Positions 17,554-26,822 of a DNA stretch of 32,000 bases are shown here, piece by piece (the stretch's first letter is position 1; each line of letters opens with the position of its first letter). The stretch lies in assembly GCA_043803945.1 (NCBI GenBank), contig JAZDJN010000062.1, positions 1 through 32,000 of the forward strand, in the 5' to 3' direction. Below the pieces are notes generated by a model. The model was not told the origin of the DNA and did not search any database. It saw only the letters and a list, made by a program, of their open reading frames with translations. A program made the translations under genes and the position numbers. The DNA is from a bacterium (GTDB lineage: Bacteria; Bacteroidota; Ignavibacteria; UBA10030).

Positions 17554-17728
17554 GGAAATGTTGATTAGGGAATGGGGAGGAAGGAGGAAGACGAGAGAGG
17601 TAAGAAGCAAAAAGGAAAAAGTGAGAAGTTAAAAGTGACAAAATGAGAGATCCTCTTTTTCCTCTCTCTGCTGTCATCATTCTTCTCTCACATCTCTTTT
17701 CCATCTCCCGTCTGCCTTCCACGGTCTA
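17554..17728. repeat. Gene-less dyad: 14 purine-rich heptamers abutting about 11 pyrimidine-rich heptamers
   Basis: The left arm is 17554-17651: GGAAATG TTGATTA GGGAATG GGGAGGA AGGAGGA AGACGAG AGAGGTA AGAAGCA AAAAGGA AAAAGTG AGAAGTT AAAAGTG ACAAAAT GAGAGAT. The right arm starts at 17652: CCTCTTT TTCCTCT CTCTGCT GTCATCA TTCTTCT CTCACAT CTCTTTT CCATCTC CCGTCTG CCTTCCA. The arms are partly complementary (GGAAGG 17579-17584 / CCTTCC 17715-17720; GTGAGAAG 17621-17628 / CTTCTCTCAC 17682-17691). Confidence 0.7.
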
Positions 17729-17769
17729 CCGCAATAAGTTCTTTGCTTTAAAAACAAAAAGGAGATCAT

Positions 17770-19773
17770 ATGGAGCATAGTACAACCGCAAGCAGTAATC
17801 TTCCAGCGAATGCGTACAAAGAATTAAAGGAGGGCGAAGAGTATCGTCCGATTATGGTGCCTGAGCAAACCTATGCAGAGGTGACACCCTGGTCTGTTGT
17901 CTGGGGACTCATCATGGCTGTGCTCTTCACGGCGGCGGCGGCCTATTCCGGATTGAAGATCGGGCAGGTGTTTGAAGCTGCAATTCCGATTGCAATTCTT
18001 GCTGTTGGTGTTTCGAACCTTGCCAAGAAAAAAGGGGCATTGGGAGAGAATGTGATCATTCAATCAATCGGGGCCTGCTCGGGCGTCGTGGTGGCAGGTG
18101 CAATCTTCACCATCCCTGCACTCTACATCCTTGAGCTTCCTATAAGCTTTTTCCAGATGTTTATGGCGTCGGCGCTTGGTGGTTTTCTGGGGATACTCTT
18201 TCTTATCCCCTTCAGAAAATACTTCGTTAAAGATATGCATGGAAAGCTTCCCTTCCCCGAAGGAACGGCAACAACCGAGATTCTCGTTGCTGGCGAGCGG
18301 GGCGGCGATCAGGCAAAGGTTCTCGCTATCAGCGCGCTGATCGGCGGAGTCTTCGATTTCTGTTTCAGCGCCTTCGGTTGGTGGGCCGAGACAATCACGA
18401 CAAGGATGTTTGCCTGGGGACAGACTATAGCCGGCGAAATAAAGATGGTCTTTAAATTCAATGTGTCGGCAATGATTTTCGGCATCGGTTATATTATTGG
18501 ATTGAAGTATGCCGCGATTATTTGCGCCGGTTCCTTCCTTTCCTGGTTTGTGCTGGTCCCTCTTTTTAATGAGATCGGGCAATCTCTTACCTCACCGCTC
18601 GGTGCAACCGCAACAAAGCTGATTTCACAGATGTCACCGGAAGAAATATTCCGCGGGTATGTCCGGCAAATCGGCATTGGGGGTATAGCCATGGCCGGTG
18701 TTGTTGGAATTCTCCGATCGTCAAAAATTATTGCAGGAGCGTTCAAGCTGGCAGCCAAGGAGATCTTCCACCATGAGACCGGGACGGAGACTGAAACTAT
18801 CCGTACTCAAACTGATTTGAGAATGCTCTGGATTGTCACACTGATCATTCTCACTGCTCTTCTGATCTTCGTTTTCTTTTATATCGGCGTTGTCTTCAAT
18901 CTCATCCATGCCATTGTCGGGTTATTAATTGTTCTGGTAATCTCATTTCTCTTTACGACGGTCGCAGCGAATGCTATTGCCATAGTCGGTACCAATCCTG
19001 TTTCCGGTATGACGCTGATGACGCTCATCATTTCATCATTTATCCTGACTTCAGTTGGGCTCAGCGGCAACGAGGGTATCATCAGTGCAATGATTATCGG
19101 AGGCGTCGTCTGCACAGCGTTGTCCGTGGCGGGCAGCTTCATCACTGATCTGAAGATTGGGTACTGGCTTGGATCGACACCGAAGAAACAGGAATCGTGG
19201 AAATTTCTCGGCGTGCTCTTATCAGCGGCGACAGTAGGCGGAGTGATATTGCTGCTCAATGAAGCGTACGGTTTCAAGGGCGACAAGGCAATGGTGGCAC
19301 CGCAGGCAAATGCCATGGCTGCTGTGATCCAGCCGTTGATGTCGAATGTCCCAACACCATGGATCCTGTATATTGCCGGAGCAGTGATTTCTCTTCTTAT
19401 GGTCGTGCTTAAAGTACCACCGCTGGCATTCGCACTCGGGATGTATATACCACAGGAATTGAATACACCTCTTCTCGTTGGCGGGTTTGTTGCTTGGTGG
19501 GTCTCAAACCGGTCGAAGGATGAAACGCTGAACAACGCACGATTTCAGCGCGGAACGCTCATTGCCTCAGGACTCATAGCCGGTGGCGCTCTGCTTGGTG
19601 TTCTCAATGCATTTCTTAAGTTTACCGATCTGCAGCTCTGGGAGTTTGGATACAGCAATTTGTTCCTCACACACTGGGCAGAATCTTCGAACGGTGAGCT
19701 TATGGGACTGGGTATGTTTGCGCTGCTTTTCGTTTATGTCATGTGGGACTCAATGCGCGGTAAACCGGAGTAA
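17770..19773 (+). CDS. OPT-family oligopeptide transporter
   Basis: 667 aa polytopic membrane protein with many hydrophobic segments throughout. The overall length and the N-terminal Y(K/R)ELxxxxEYRP...TPWSV region resemble bacterial OPT transporters. It is adjacent to pepT. Confidence 0.8.
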   Translation: MEHSTTASSNLPANAYKELKEGEEYRPIMVPEQTYAEVTPWSVVWGLIMAVLFTAAAAYSGLKIGQVFEAAIPIAILAVGVSNLAKKKGALGENVIIQSIGACSGVVVAGAIFTIPALYILELPISFFQMFMASALGGFLGILFLIPFRKYFVKDMHGKLPFPEGTATTEILVAGERGGDQAKVLAISALIGGVFDFCFSAFGWWAETITTRMFAWGQTIAGEIKMVFKFNVSAMIFGIGYIIGLKYAAIICAGSFLSWFVLVPLFNEIGQSLTSPLGATATKLISQMSPEEIFRGYVRQIGIGGIAMAGVVGILRSSKIIAGAFKLAAKEIFHHETGTETETIRTQTDLRMLWIVTLIILTALLIFVFFYIGVVFNLIHAIVGLLIVLVISFLFTTVAANAIAIVGTNPVSGMTLMTLIISSFILTSVGLSGNEGIISAMIIGGVVCTALSVAGSFITDLKIGYWLGSTPKKQESWKFLGVLLSAATVGGVILLLNEAYGFKGDKAMVAPQANAMAAVIQPLMSNVPTPWILYIAGAVISLLMVVLKVPPLAFALGMYIPQELNTPLLVGGFVAWWVSNRSKDETLNNARFQRGTLIASGLIAGGALLGVLNAFLKFTDLQLWEFGYSNLFLTHWAESSNGELMGLGMFALLFVYVMWDSMRGKPE

Positions 19774-19783
19774 GTGCCCACGT

Positions 19784-19834
19784 GAGAAGTCTGTCTTCTC
19801 CCAAAGATCAATCTCTATTAGAAGACAGACTTCT
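19784..19834. repeat. REP-B doublet downstream of the OPT transporter gene
   Basis: GAGAAGTCTGTCTTCTC (19784-19800) and AGAAGACAGACTTCT (19820-19834) are inverted copies separated by 19 nt. Confidence 0.85.
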
Positions 19835-19919
19835 TATCATTGTCTTGCCCCATCTTTTCCACGGGGGTCCCTGACAGCCTGGCAAAAAGGAAGTCGGAAG
19901 GGTTTCTAATTTCACAAGG

Positions 19920-19998
19920 GAGTCAGAAACCACTTCCTGACTCTCTCAGGAATTATGAGGGATTATTTTAACAAGGGGGTCAGGAACCATTTCCTGAC
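19920..19998. repeat. Two tandem hairpin units upstream of RAYT-2
   Basis: GAGTCAGAAA-CCAC-TTCCTGACTC (19920-19943; 9 of 10 bp) and GTCAGGAA-CCAT-TTCCTGAC (19979-19998; 8 of 8 bp). Each is preceded by ACAAGGG(A/G)G, so this is a direct repeat of a hairpin unit of about 30 nt. Confidence 0.8.
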
Positions 19999-20043
19999 TC
20001 ATAGACAAGAATCGTTACTCATCACCTCAGGGAGGAGGCAGTT

Positions 20044-20595
20044 ATGGGTTTACGAGGAAGGCAACTAATCTCAAGCACCGACCATCTTTTTTTCGTTACC
20101 ACTACCGTAGTAAATTCCATTCGCATCTTTCAAGAGGATCGTTTCTGCTCTCTCCTGATCCAGAATATCAAGCACTACCAAAAACGGTATCAATTCGAGA
20201 TTTATGGATATGTTATTATGCCTTCTCATTTTCATTGGATCGTTGAAGTTGATCATCGATATGGCACTATCTCAGGAATTATGAGGGATTTGAAAAAATA
20301 TTCCGCGTGGGATATTATGGAGGCAGTAGAGAATGAACAGCGGTTAGACCTTCTCGAACAATTTCGTAATGCAGCAGCGGGATACAAAAACCAGCATCGA
20401 AAATTCTGGATGGATAGATTTGATGATGAAGTGATACACAATGAAGGGATGCTCCGTACCAAATTGGAGTATATTCATTACAATCCTGTAAAGGCGGGTC
20501 TTGTATTAAATCCTGAAGACTATCGCTATTCGAGTACAAGGAATTATATCTGCAATGATCATAGTATTCTTCAGGTGAAAACGGATTGGTGGTAA
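20044..20595 (+). CDS. Second REP-associated tyrosine transposase (RAYT) / IS200-like Y1 HUH transposase
   Basis: 183 aa. It has the HUH motif in MPSHFHWIV and the motifs YIHYNPVKAGLV and PEDYRYSS. It is flanked by REP-B doublets and by a 16-nt direct repeat GTCCCTGACAGCCTGG (19867-19882 and 20635-20650). Confidence 0.85.
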   Translation: MGLRGRQLISSTDHLFFVTTTVVNSIRIFQEDRFCSLLIQNIKHYQKRYQFEIYGYVIMPSHFHWIVEVDHRYGTISGIMRDLKKYSAWDIMEAVENEQRLDLLEQFRNAAAGYKNQHRKFWMDRFDDEVIHNEGMLRTKLEYIHYNPVKAGLVLNPEDYRYSSTRNYICNDHSILQVKTDWW

Positions 20596-20621
20596 CAGAA
20601 ATTTTAGTTTAAAAGAATCTA

Positions 20622-20645
20622 CTGTCAGGGAGTGGTCCCTGACAG
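20622..20645. repeat. Perfect 10-bp hairpin just downstream of RAYT-2
   Basis: CTGTCAGGGA-gtgg-TCCCTGACAG. Its 3' arm is part of the 16-nt direct repeat also found at 19867-19882. Confidence 0.8.
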
Positions 20646-20675
20646 CCTGGTTGGAGGTTGGAAGATTCCGACTGC

Positions 20676-20725
20676 AGAAGTCTGTCTTCTTCAAAGGATT
20701 AACCTCTGTGAGAAGACAGACCTCT
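20676..20725. repeat. REP-B doublet
   Basis: AGAAGTCTGTCTTCT (20676-20690) and AGAAGACAGACCTCT (20711-20725) are separated by 20 nt. It is preceded by ACTGCAG, as is the next copy. Confidence 0.85.
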
Positions 20726-20765
20726 AATAAAAAACCTGGCAGCCTGCTTGGTAGGGTCTAACTGC

Positions 20766-20815
20766 AGAAGTTTGTCTTCTTCCAATGGTCAATCGCTGAT
20801 AGAAGACAGACTTCT
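20766..20815. repeat. REP-B doublet overlapping the stop codon of the TrmH-family gene
   Basis: AGAAGTTTGTCTTCT (20766-20780) and AGAAGACAGACTTCT (20801-20815) are separated by 20 nt. With 20676-20725 it forms a tandem cluster with a unit of about 90 bp (BIME-like). Confidence 0.85.
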
Positions 20816-21647
20816 ACTCAAGGTCACGTTGCCGGAAGATTTCCCATAAGAAGATCGCCATCGCGTTGGCGACGTTGAGTGAGTCAACGGAATGTTGAAG
20901 CGGAATATGGAGCGTCTGTGTACAGAGTTCCAGGACTTCTGGTGTCAATCCTGTATCTTCATTCCCCATCACCAGACAGACTTTTCCCCGAAGATTTGAA
21001 TTCTGCAATGGTACGGATCCAGCCGGGTGAGCACCAATGATCTGGACATTCCATTCCTCTTTGAGGTTGCGAAGTGTGTTTGCCAAGGAGGGAGCATGAT
21101 ACACACGCTGCTGAAATAGCGCACCCATAGAATTCCGTACAGCGCGCCGATAATATGGGCTAGCCGAAGATTCGCCGGCAATTACCAGGTTCACTCCGAA
21201 TGCAACGCTATTCCGGATCATCACCCCGATATTATCCGGATTCATCAGTCGATCCAACGCAAGCAGCAAACAGCTTTCAGGATGTTCGTTCAATACCGCA
21301 TGTGGTGCAACATCGGGCGGAACCCTGGCCAGCGCAAGCACAGGCTGCTGCACATCATATCCGACAAGATCAGCCATAACCTCACGATCGGTAAGATAAG
21401 TCTCCAGACTCAAAAATCGCGAGGAAGGAATCCTGGATTGCAGCCATTCCAATACTTGTTGTGTAGTAAGAATGGAAACCACATTGATGGCAGACTCCAG
21501 CAATCGATGGACAACTCTTTTTCCTTCAGCCAGGAAGAGCCCATCGCGTTGAAGCTCATAGGTATGTTTTCGCACCCGATACGGTTGGAGCGAAAGCAGA
21601 TTCAGGTCATCACCTGAAATGTGTCTGGCAAGAGGAAGAGTATCCAT
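20814..21647 (-). CDS. TrmH/SpoU-family RNA 2'-O-methyltransferase
   Basis: 277 aa. The C-terminal SpoU methylase motifs are present: LVMGNEDTGLTPEVL and IPL..SVDSLNVANAMAIFLWE. Confidence 0.85.
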   Translation of the reverse strand: MDTLPLARHISGDDLNLLSLQPYRVRKHTYELQRDGLFLAEGKRVVHRLLESAINVVSILTTQQVLEWLQSRIPSSRFLSLETYLTDREVMADLVGYDVQQPVLALARVPPDVAPHAVLNEHPESCLLLALDRLMNPDNIGVMIRNSVAFGVNLVIAGESSASPYYRRAVRNSMGALFQQRVYHAPSLANTLRNLKEEWNVQIIGAHPAGSVPLQNSNLRGKVCLVMGNEDTGLTPEVLELCTQTLHIPLQHSVDSLNVANAMAIFLWEIFRQRDLE

Positions 21648-21803
21648 AGATGTTTCTATTATCTTTACAAATTATCATTCATGCAAGAAGTGCTTCCTCA
21701 TTTGAATTATCCCATATCTCTATCATCTTCCGAAAAAAGAAAAAATTGACTGTCACCACGAAGATCATTACTTTTTTCCCATCAGGTTTCAAAGGAGATC
21801 ACT

Positions 21804-23426
21804 ATGGATGAAGAGCAGGTTCTTGCAGCGTTGGCAAAGATTGAACAACGGGTAACCCGGATTGAAGAACATCTTGATCTGCATTCAGAACAAGAGGAAG
21901 AGAAGGTTCAGGCAGCCGTACCAACCTCCGCGTCTGATCCCGAGAGTGATGAAGATGAACTCGAGTATGAACTCGGGCAAAGTTGGTTTGCCAAAGCCGG
22001 CATCGTCGCACTCGCACTCGGAGTGATTTTTATTCTCACTTTTCCCTTTGCAGATATTCCATCGATAGCATTTGCGCTGCTCGGCTATGGTCTCGCCGGC
22101 GGGATGTTTGCTCTCGCTCATCTCTGGCGGCAGTCGTTACTCCTCATCTCTAACTATCTCCGTGGTGCTGCACTAGCCCTACTCTATTTCGCAACACTTC
22201 GCCTGTACTTCTTTGGAGAAACACCTGCGCTCACCACCGGTACACTGCCGGAAATTCTTCCACTGGTCGCAGCAGCGTCGTTTGTATTCCTTCTGGCGAT
22301 TCGCCGCCAGTCAGTTTACCTGACGGCACTTGCATTTATCACCGGTTTTGTCACGCTCATCGTTATCGATCAACTATTCTTCACGTTCCTTGGAATCGCG
22401 CTGCTCGCGGTGATAGCAACACTCTTGTATTTGCGGTTCACATGGACCTGGATCGTGGTTCTGAGCATGGTGTGCGGTTACCTCACTCATCTGTTATGGG
22501 CATTGAACAATCCGGTTCTCGGGCATTCCATTCAATTTCTCACTTCACCTCAATTCAACATTTTTCTCTTGCTGGTGTACGTTTCCATTTTCGCATCAGC
22601 GCCGTTATTACGCCCAGATCGCTCCCGTGAACAGTACAGCGTCGTGTTCATCAATGCCTTAAATGGCGCTCTTGGCTACGGAACACTGCTTATCTTCACG
22701 CTGGTTGCATACCACGACATTCGGATGATCGTTCAAATCGCCTCATCCTGTCTTCTGCTCTGTATTGCAATCCTCTTCTGGGTTCGGGAACAGAGCCGTT
22801 ATTCGACATTTATTTACGCGATGCTTGGCTATCAGGCATTGAGCATTGCTCTGTTGTTCTCCTTCGGCGTTCCTGAAGTCTTTGTTCTGCTGTCGCTCCA
22901 AAGTTTGCTCGTTGTCGCTACGGCAATTCTTTTCCGCTCACGATTTATCATCGTCGCAAACTTCATCATCTATCTATTCATTGTCACCGGCTATCTGGTT
23001 GTGGCGGAGCAAGAGACGGGCATCAGCATTGGATTTGGCATCGTGGCGCTGCTCAGTGCACGAATTCTTAACTGGAAGAAGGAACGGCTGGAGCTCCAAA
23101 CTGAAATGATGAGAAACGCCTACCTGGTTTCTGCATTCCTGGTGTTTCCCTATTCGTTGTATCACCTGGTACCGCAGGGGTATGTGGCACTTGCATGGGT
23201 TGCTGTTGCCCTTTTCTATTACTTTATGAACACCATCATCAAAAATCAGAAGTACCGGTGGATGGGTCACCTGACACTCATTCTCACCGCACTGTACGTT
23301 CTGGTTATTGGGATTATCCAGCTTGAGCTGATCTTCCGTGTGATCTCATTTCTCGTCCTTGGCATTGTTCTTCTCTCGGTTTCTATTTTCTTTACCCGCT
23401 TGCGGCTCAAAAAGCGGAAGCAATAA
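21804..23426 (+). CDS. Polytopic membrane protein, DUF2339-like
   Basis: 540 aa. A short N-terminal coiled/acidic segment (LAKIEQRVTRIEEHL, acidic linker) is followed by more than 12 hydrophobic helices, the architecture I associate with DUF2339. There are no catalytic motifs. Confidence 0.55.
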   Translation: MDEEQVLAALAKIEQRVTRIEEHLDLHSEQEEEKVQAAVPTSASDPESDEDELEYELGQSWFAKAGIVALALGVIFILTFPFADIPSIAFALLGYGLAGGMFALAHLWRQSLLLISNYLRGAALALLYFATLRLYFFGETPALTTGTLPEILPLVAAASFVFLLAIRRQSVYLTALAFITGFVTLIVIDQLFFTFLGIALLAVIATLLYLRFTWTWIVVLSMVCGYLTHLLWALNNPVLGHSIQFLTSPQFNIFLLLVYVSIFASAPLLRPDRSREQYSVVFINALNGALGYGTLLIFTLVAYHDIRMIVQIASSCLLLCIAILFWVREQSRYSTFIYAMLGYQALSIALLFSFGVPEVFVLLSLQSLLVVATAILFRSRFIIVANFIIYLFIVTGYLVVAEQETGISIGFGIVALLSARILNWKKERLELQTEMMRNAYLVSAFLVFPYSLYHLVPQGYVALAWVAVALFYYFMNTIIKNQKYRWMGHLTLILTALYVLVIGIIQLELIFRVISFLVLGIVLLSVSIFFTRLRLKKRKQ

Positions 23427-23794
23427 TCATGGAGTGAGAATCCTCTTTTTAATCACACCGGAAGTATGTTTGGGATTGTCCAAAATGTATCACGCGGGTG
23501 TCACGGTCCATACCGTGATACTTGAAATCTGAACATTTTCCACAACATGCGTCACGAAATCCCTGCCCGCAACTACGCACCTTTCTGGCAAGGAGAATAC
23601 TCCCGAGAAATGCTTTTGTCTTTAGCATTTTTCACCGCGTAATTGTCGCACCCTGAGTAGCAACTTTAGAATATGATCTCATGCTGGAATTTTTCCCCGT
23701 TTTCTTCTACATTCATCCTGGAATCCAAACAACTACTATGCTGGGCCTTCGTCGTACATTCATCAGCATTTTCTCTCATACTACTGGAGGACTC

Positions 23795-25291
23795 ATGAAC
23801 AAAACTCACATACGCGCTATTGTCGTAACGCTTGTTCTGCTGGCAATAGCGGCAACGCTTGCATTTTCACAAAGCCTTGAACAAAAGGTGAAAGTGCACA
23901 AACTCAAAAATGGGTTCACGGTGATCTTCATCGAGAACCACGACTCGCCGACCTTTTTTGGTGTCTATGGTTTTAAAGTGGGCGCAGTTGATGAACCACC
24001 CGGCATTACGGGCACAGCTCACTTGTTCGAACATATGGCATTCAAAGGCACGCCCAAAATCGGGACGTCCGATTTCCAGAAAGAAAAACCGATTATGGAG
24101 CAATCCAACAAAGTCGGAAGAGAATTAAGCCAGGAGTTGGTTAAAGGCCCTGCAGCCGACAAAGAAAAAGTCAAAAGACTTTCCGATGAATTGCTCAAAC
24201 TCGATAAAGAACAGAAGCAATATGTGGTGAAGGATGAAATCGATCAGATCTATGCCGGTGTCGGCGGGACTGGACTGAATGCCTCGACCGGAAACGATGT
24301 AACACAGTACATCATCAGCCTGCCATCCAATCGATTTGAACTATACTGTCTCGTGGAATCGGAGCGGATGAAAAATGCCGTTCTGCGCGAGTTCTATACA
24401 GAACGCAGCGTCATTCAGGAAGAACGCAAGCAAACGACCGATGCAAGTCCGGCACGCATGCTCTCGGAAATGTTCATGGCCTCCGCCTTTATGGCCCATC
24501 AGTATAATCATCCGGTGGTTGGCTGGGCATCCGATATCAATTCAGTGACACTGGAAGAAGCAACTGCTTTCAAACAGAAATATTACACACCAAACAATTG
24601 TGTCTTAGCCATCGCCGGAGATGTCTATCCCGAAAAGGCAATTCCTCTCATCGAACAATACTTCAGCGACTGGCCGCGCGGCGACGATCCACCGCTGGTG
24701 AGGACGGTCGAGCCAAAGCAGCTTGGCGAACGCAGAGTGAAGTACGAAGCCGATGCCGAACCGCAGCTCATGATAGGATTTCATAAACCGACATTCCCGC
24801 ATAAAGATGATGCGGTCTTATCCAGCATTGCCACCCTCCTTTCGTCCGGCCGAACTTCGATCTTCTATAAAGATCTTGTCCGGGATAAACAGCTTGCCGC
24901 GAACGTGATGGCCTCAGCAACATACCCGGGTTCACGATACGACAATTTATTCGTAGTGATGGGGTCGCCGCGGAATCCCAATACCAATGAAACCCTTGAA
25001 AAGGCAATCATGGAACATCTTGAGAAACTCAAAACCGAACCCGTCAGCGAGAAGGAATTACAGAAGGTGAAGAACAATCTTGAAGCAAATTACCTTCGGG
25101 CCATGCAATCGAACCGCGGATTGGCCTCTACGCTGCTTCGGTATCAGTTGCTCTTTGATGATTGGAAGCTGTACTTAAAATCCAAGGAGATGATCAGCGC
25201 GGTAACGCCTCAGAATATTATGGAGTGTGCGAAAAAGTATTTCACCAGCGAGAATAAGACCGTTGGTTATCTGATCAAGAAATCAAAGTAA
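23795..25291 (+). CDS. M16 (pitrilysin-family) zinc peptidase, active subunit
   Basis: The inverted zinc motif HxxEH is present in GTAHLFEHMAFKGT. A signal peptide MNKTHIRAIVVTLVLLAIAATLAFSQ starts at the ATG at 23795, preceded by GGAGG. The track ORF start at 23681 is probably too far upstream. Confidence 0.88.
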   Translation: MNKTHIRAIVVTLVLLAIAATLAFSQSLEQKVKVHKLKNGFTVIFIENHDSPTFFGVYGFKVGAVDEPPGITGTAHLFEHMAFKGTPKIGTSDFQKEKPIMEQSNKVGRELSQELVKGPAADKEKVKRLSDELLKLDKEQKQYVVKDEIDQIYAGVGGTGLNASTGNDVTQYIISLPSNRFELYCLVESERMKNAVLREFYTERSVIQEERKQTTDASPARMLSEMFMASAFMAHQYNHPVVGWASDINSVTLEEATAFKQKYYTPNNCVLAIAGDVYPEKAIPLIEQYFSDWPRGDDPPLVRTVEPKQLGERRVKYEADAEPQLMIGFHKPTFPHKDDAVLSSIATLLSSGRTSIFYKDLVRDKQLAANVMASATYPGSRYDNLFVVMGSPRNPNTNETLEKAIMEHLEKLKTEPVSEKELQKVKNNLEANYLRAMQSNRGLASTLLRYQLLFDDWKLYLKSKEMISAVTPQNIMECAKKYFTSENKTVGYLIKKSK

Positions 25292-25295
25292 ATGA

Positions 25296-26753
25296 ATGAA
25301 GGACACGACTATGAACACCCAACGAATCGTTACTGCAATACTGTTCATCTGTGCATTGTTCCTTTGCTCATTTGCCCTTGCACAGAAACACCCACGGGAG
25401 CTTCCCGAACCAAAGCCGCTCTCCTTTAAACCTACAAAGCCGGTGCAATTTACCGTTGCCAACGGTATCCAGGTGTACTACTTCGAAGATAAAAATCTTC
25501 CGTTGATTTCTCTCAACGCCATATTCAAAGGCGGCGGATTGTACGAATCTCAGGAGAAAGCCGGACTCGCCTCGATGACCGGTTCCATCATGCGCACCGG
25601 AGGCACAAAAACTCTCACGGGCGACCAGATGGATGAAGAACTCGAATTCCTCGCTGCCTCAGTAAGTTCGAATATGGGCGATGAATACGCGAATGTCCGT
25701 GCCAACTGTTTGACAAAAGATTTTAAGAGAGTTCTTGAGCTTTTCGCCGATGTCATTATGAATCCCGAGTTCCGTCAGGATAAAATCGATCTCGAGAAAA
25801 ACCAGGCCAAGGAAAGTATCCGCCGACGCTGGGAGCAACCCGCTTCAACGGCGCGGCTGCTCTTCTCCGATCAAATGTTCGGTGGTACACCATACGGTTA
25901 TCGAACGACATTCAAATCCCTGAATTCCATTACGCGAGAAGATCTCAGAGCATTCCACGCACGATTCTTCGCTCCCAATAATATGACCATCAGTATCGTC
26001 GGAGACATCTCTCAGGCTGACGCAAAGAAGATGCTTGAGCAGGTATTCAAGAGCTGGCTGAAAACGAAAGTCGACCTGCCCGAAATTTCAAAACTGACGG
26101 AGAAAGCAGATGGAACAGTCTATTATGCTCAGCGTGAAACACCACAGGCAAGCATGGTCCTTGGGCACCTCGGTGTTAAACGCGGAAATCCCGATGAGTT
26201 TAAATTGAGTGTGATGAACGATATGTTCGGCGGTGGCGGATTTACTGCACGGCTGATGAAAGAGATTCGTTCAAATCGCGGCCTGACATACGGCATCTAT
26301 GGCGGCGTGCAATCTGGCCGTGACCGCGGGCTCTTTCAGGTCTCCTCACAGCTCAAAGCAGCCAAATTCGTCGAGGCGATTACACTCGTGAAGGACATCA
26401 TCAAGGATATGCAGAATAATCCTGTCCCCGATGAAGAGCTCACGCTTTCGAAAAAATCATTGATCAACAGCTTCGTGTTCCAGTTTGAATCGAAGGCAAG
26501 CATCGCTCAACAAACGATGATGCTGAAGTTGAATGGCTATCCGGATAACTACCTTGACACCTACGTCGAGAATATCTCGAAGGTCACGAAGAAGGATATC
26601 CAGGATGTTGCCAAGAAGTATATGGATCTCGACAAGATGATGCTGGTGGTGGTTGGAAATGACAAGATGTTCGATAAACCGCTTTCCACACTCGGCAAGG
26701 TAAAAGAGATCGATTACAAAAAGATTGCCGAAGAAGAAAAGGCTGAAAAGTAA
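25296..26753 (+). CDS. M16-family peptidase, non-catalytic partner subunit
   Basis: 485 aa with a signal peptide and M16-like length and layout, but no HxxEH motif. It starts 4 nt after the active subunit stop, the typical paired arrangement. Confidence 0.8.
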   Translation: MKDTTMNTQRIVTAILFICALFLCSFALAQKHPRELPEPKPLSFKPTKPVQFTVANGIQVYYFEDKNLPLISLNAIFKGGGLYESQEKAGLASMTGSIMRTGGTKTLTGDQMDEELEFLAASVSSNMGDEYANVRANCLTKDFKRVLELFADVIMNPEFRQDKIDLEKNQAKESIRRRWEQPASTARLLFSDQMFGGTPYGYRTTFKSLNSITREDLRAFHARFFAPNNMTISIVGDISQADAKKMLEQVFKSWLKTKVDLPEISKLTEKADGTVYYAQRETPQASMVLGHLGVKRGNPDEFKLSVMNDMFGGGGFTARLMKEIRSNRGLTYGIYGGVQSGRDRGLFQVSSQLKAAKFVEAITLVKDIIKDMQNNPVPDEELTLSKKSLINSFVFQFESKASIAQQTMMLKLNGYPDNYLDTYVENISKVTKKDIQDVAKKYMDLDKMMLVVVGNDKMFDKPLSTLGKVKEIDYKKIAEEEKAEK

Positions 26754-26770
26754 GAATAAAAGATATCCAG

Positions 26771-26798
26771 GGGCAGCACGTTGCACCGCGTGCTGCCC
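26771..26798 (+). terminator. Candidate terminator hairpin after the M16 pair
   Basis: GGGCAGCACG-ttgcaccg-CGTGCTGCCC is a perfect 10-bp GC-rich stem 18 nt after the stop. No U-tract follows, so function is uncertain. Confidence 0.45.
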
Positions 26799-26822
26799 TC
26801 AGGAGTACAGGTAATAATTCCT

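Noticed and set aside
17824-19535. Antisense ORFs of 79-218 aa opposite the OPT transporter gene
   Set aside because: They are shadow ORFs within a well-supported long CDS, with low-complexity Pro/Arg/Ser-rich translations.
23487-23521. 8-bp inverted repeat GTATCACG / CGTGATAC upstream of the M16 operon
   Set aside because: More than ten such 8-bp inverted repeats with a loop under 30 nt are expected by chance in 32 kb, and nothing recurs or supports it.
23681-23794. N-terminal 38-aa extension of the first M16 ORF in the track
   Set aside because: The ATG at 23795 is preceded by GGAGG and begins a typical signal peptide. The upstream extension looks non-coding.
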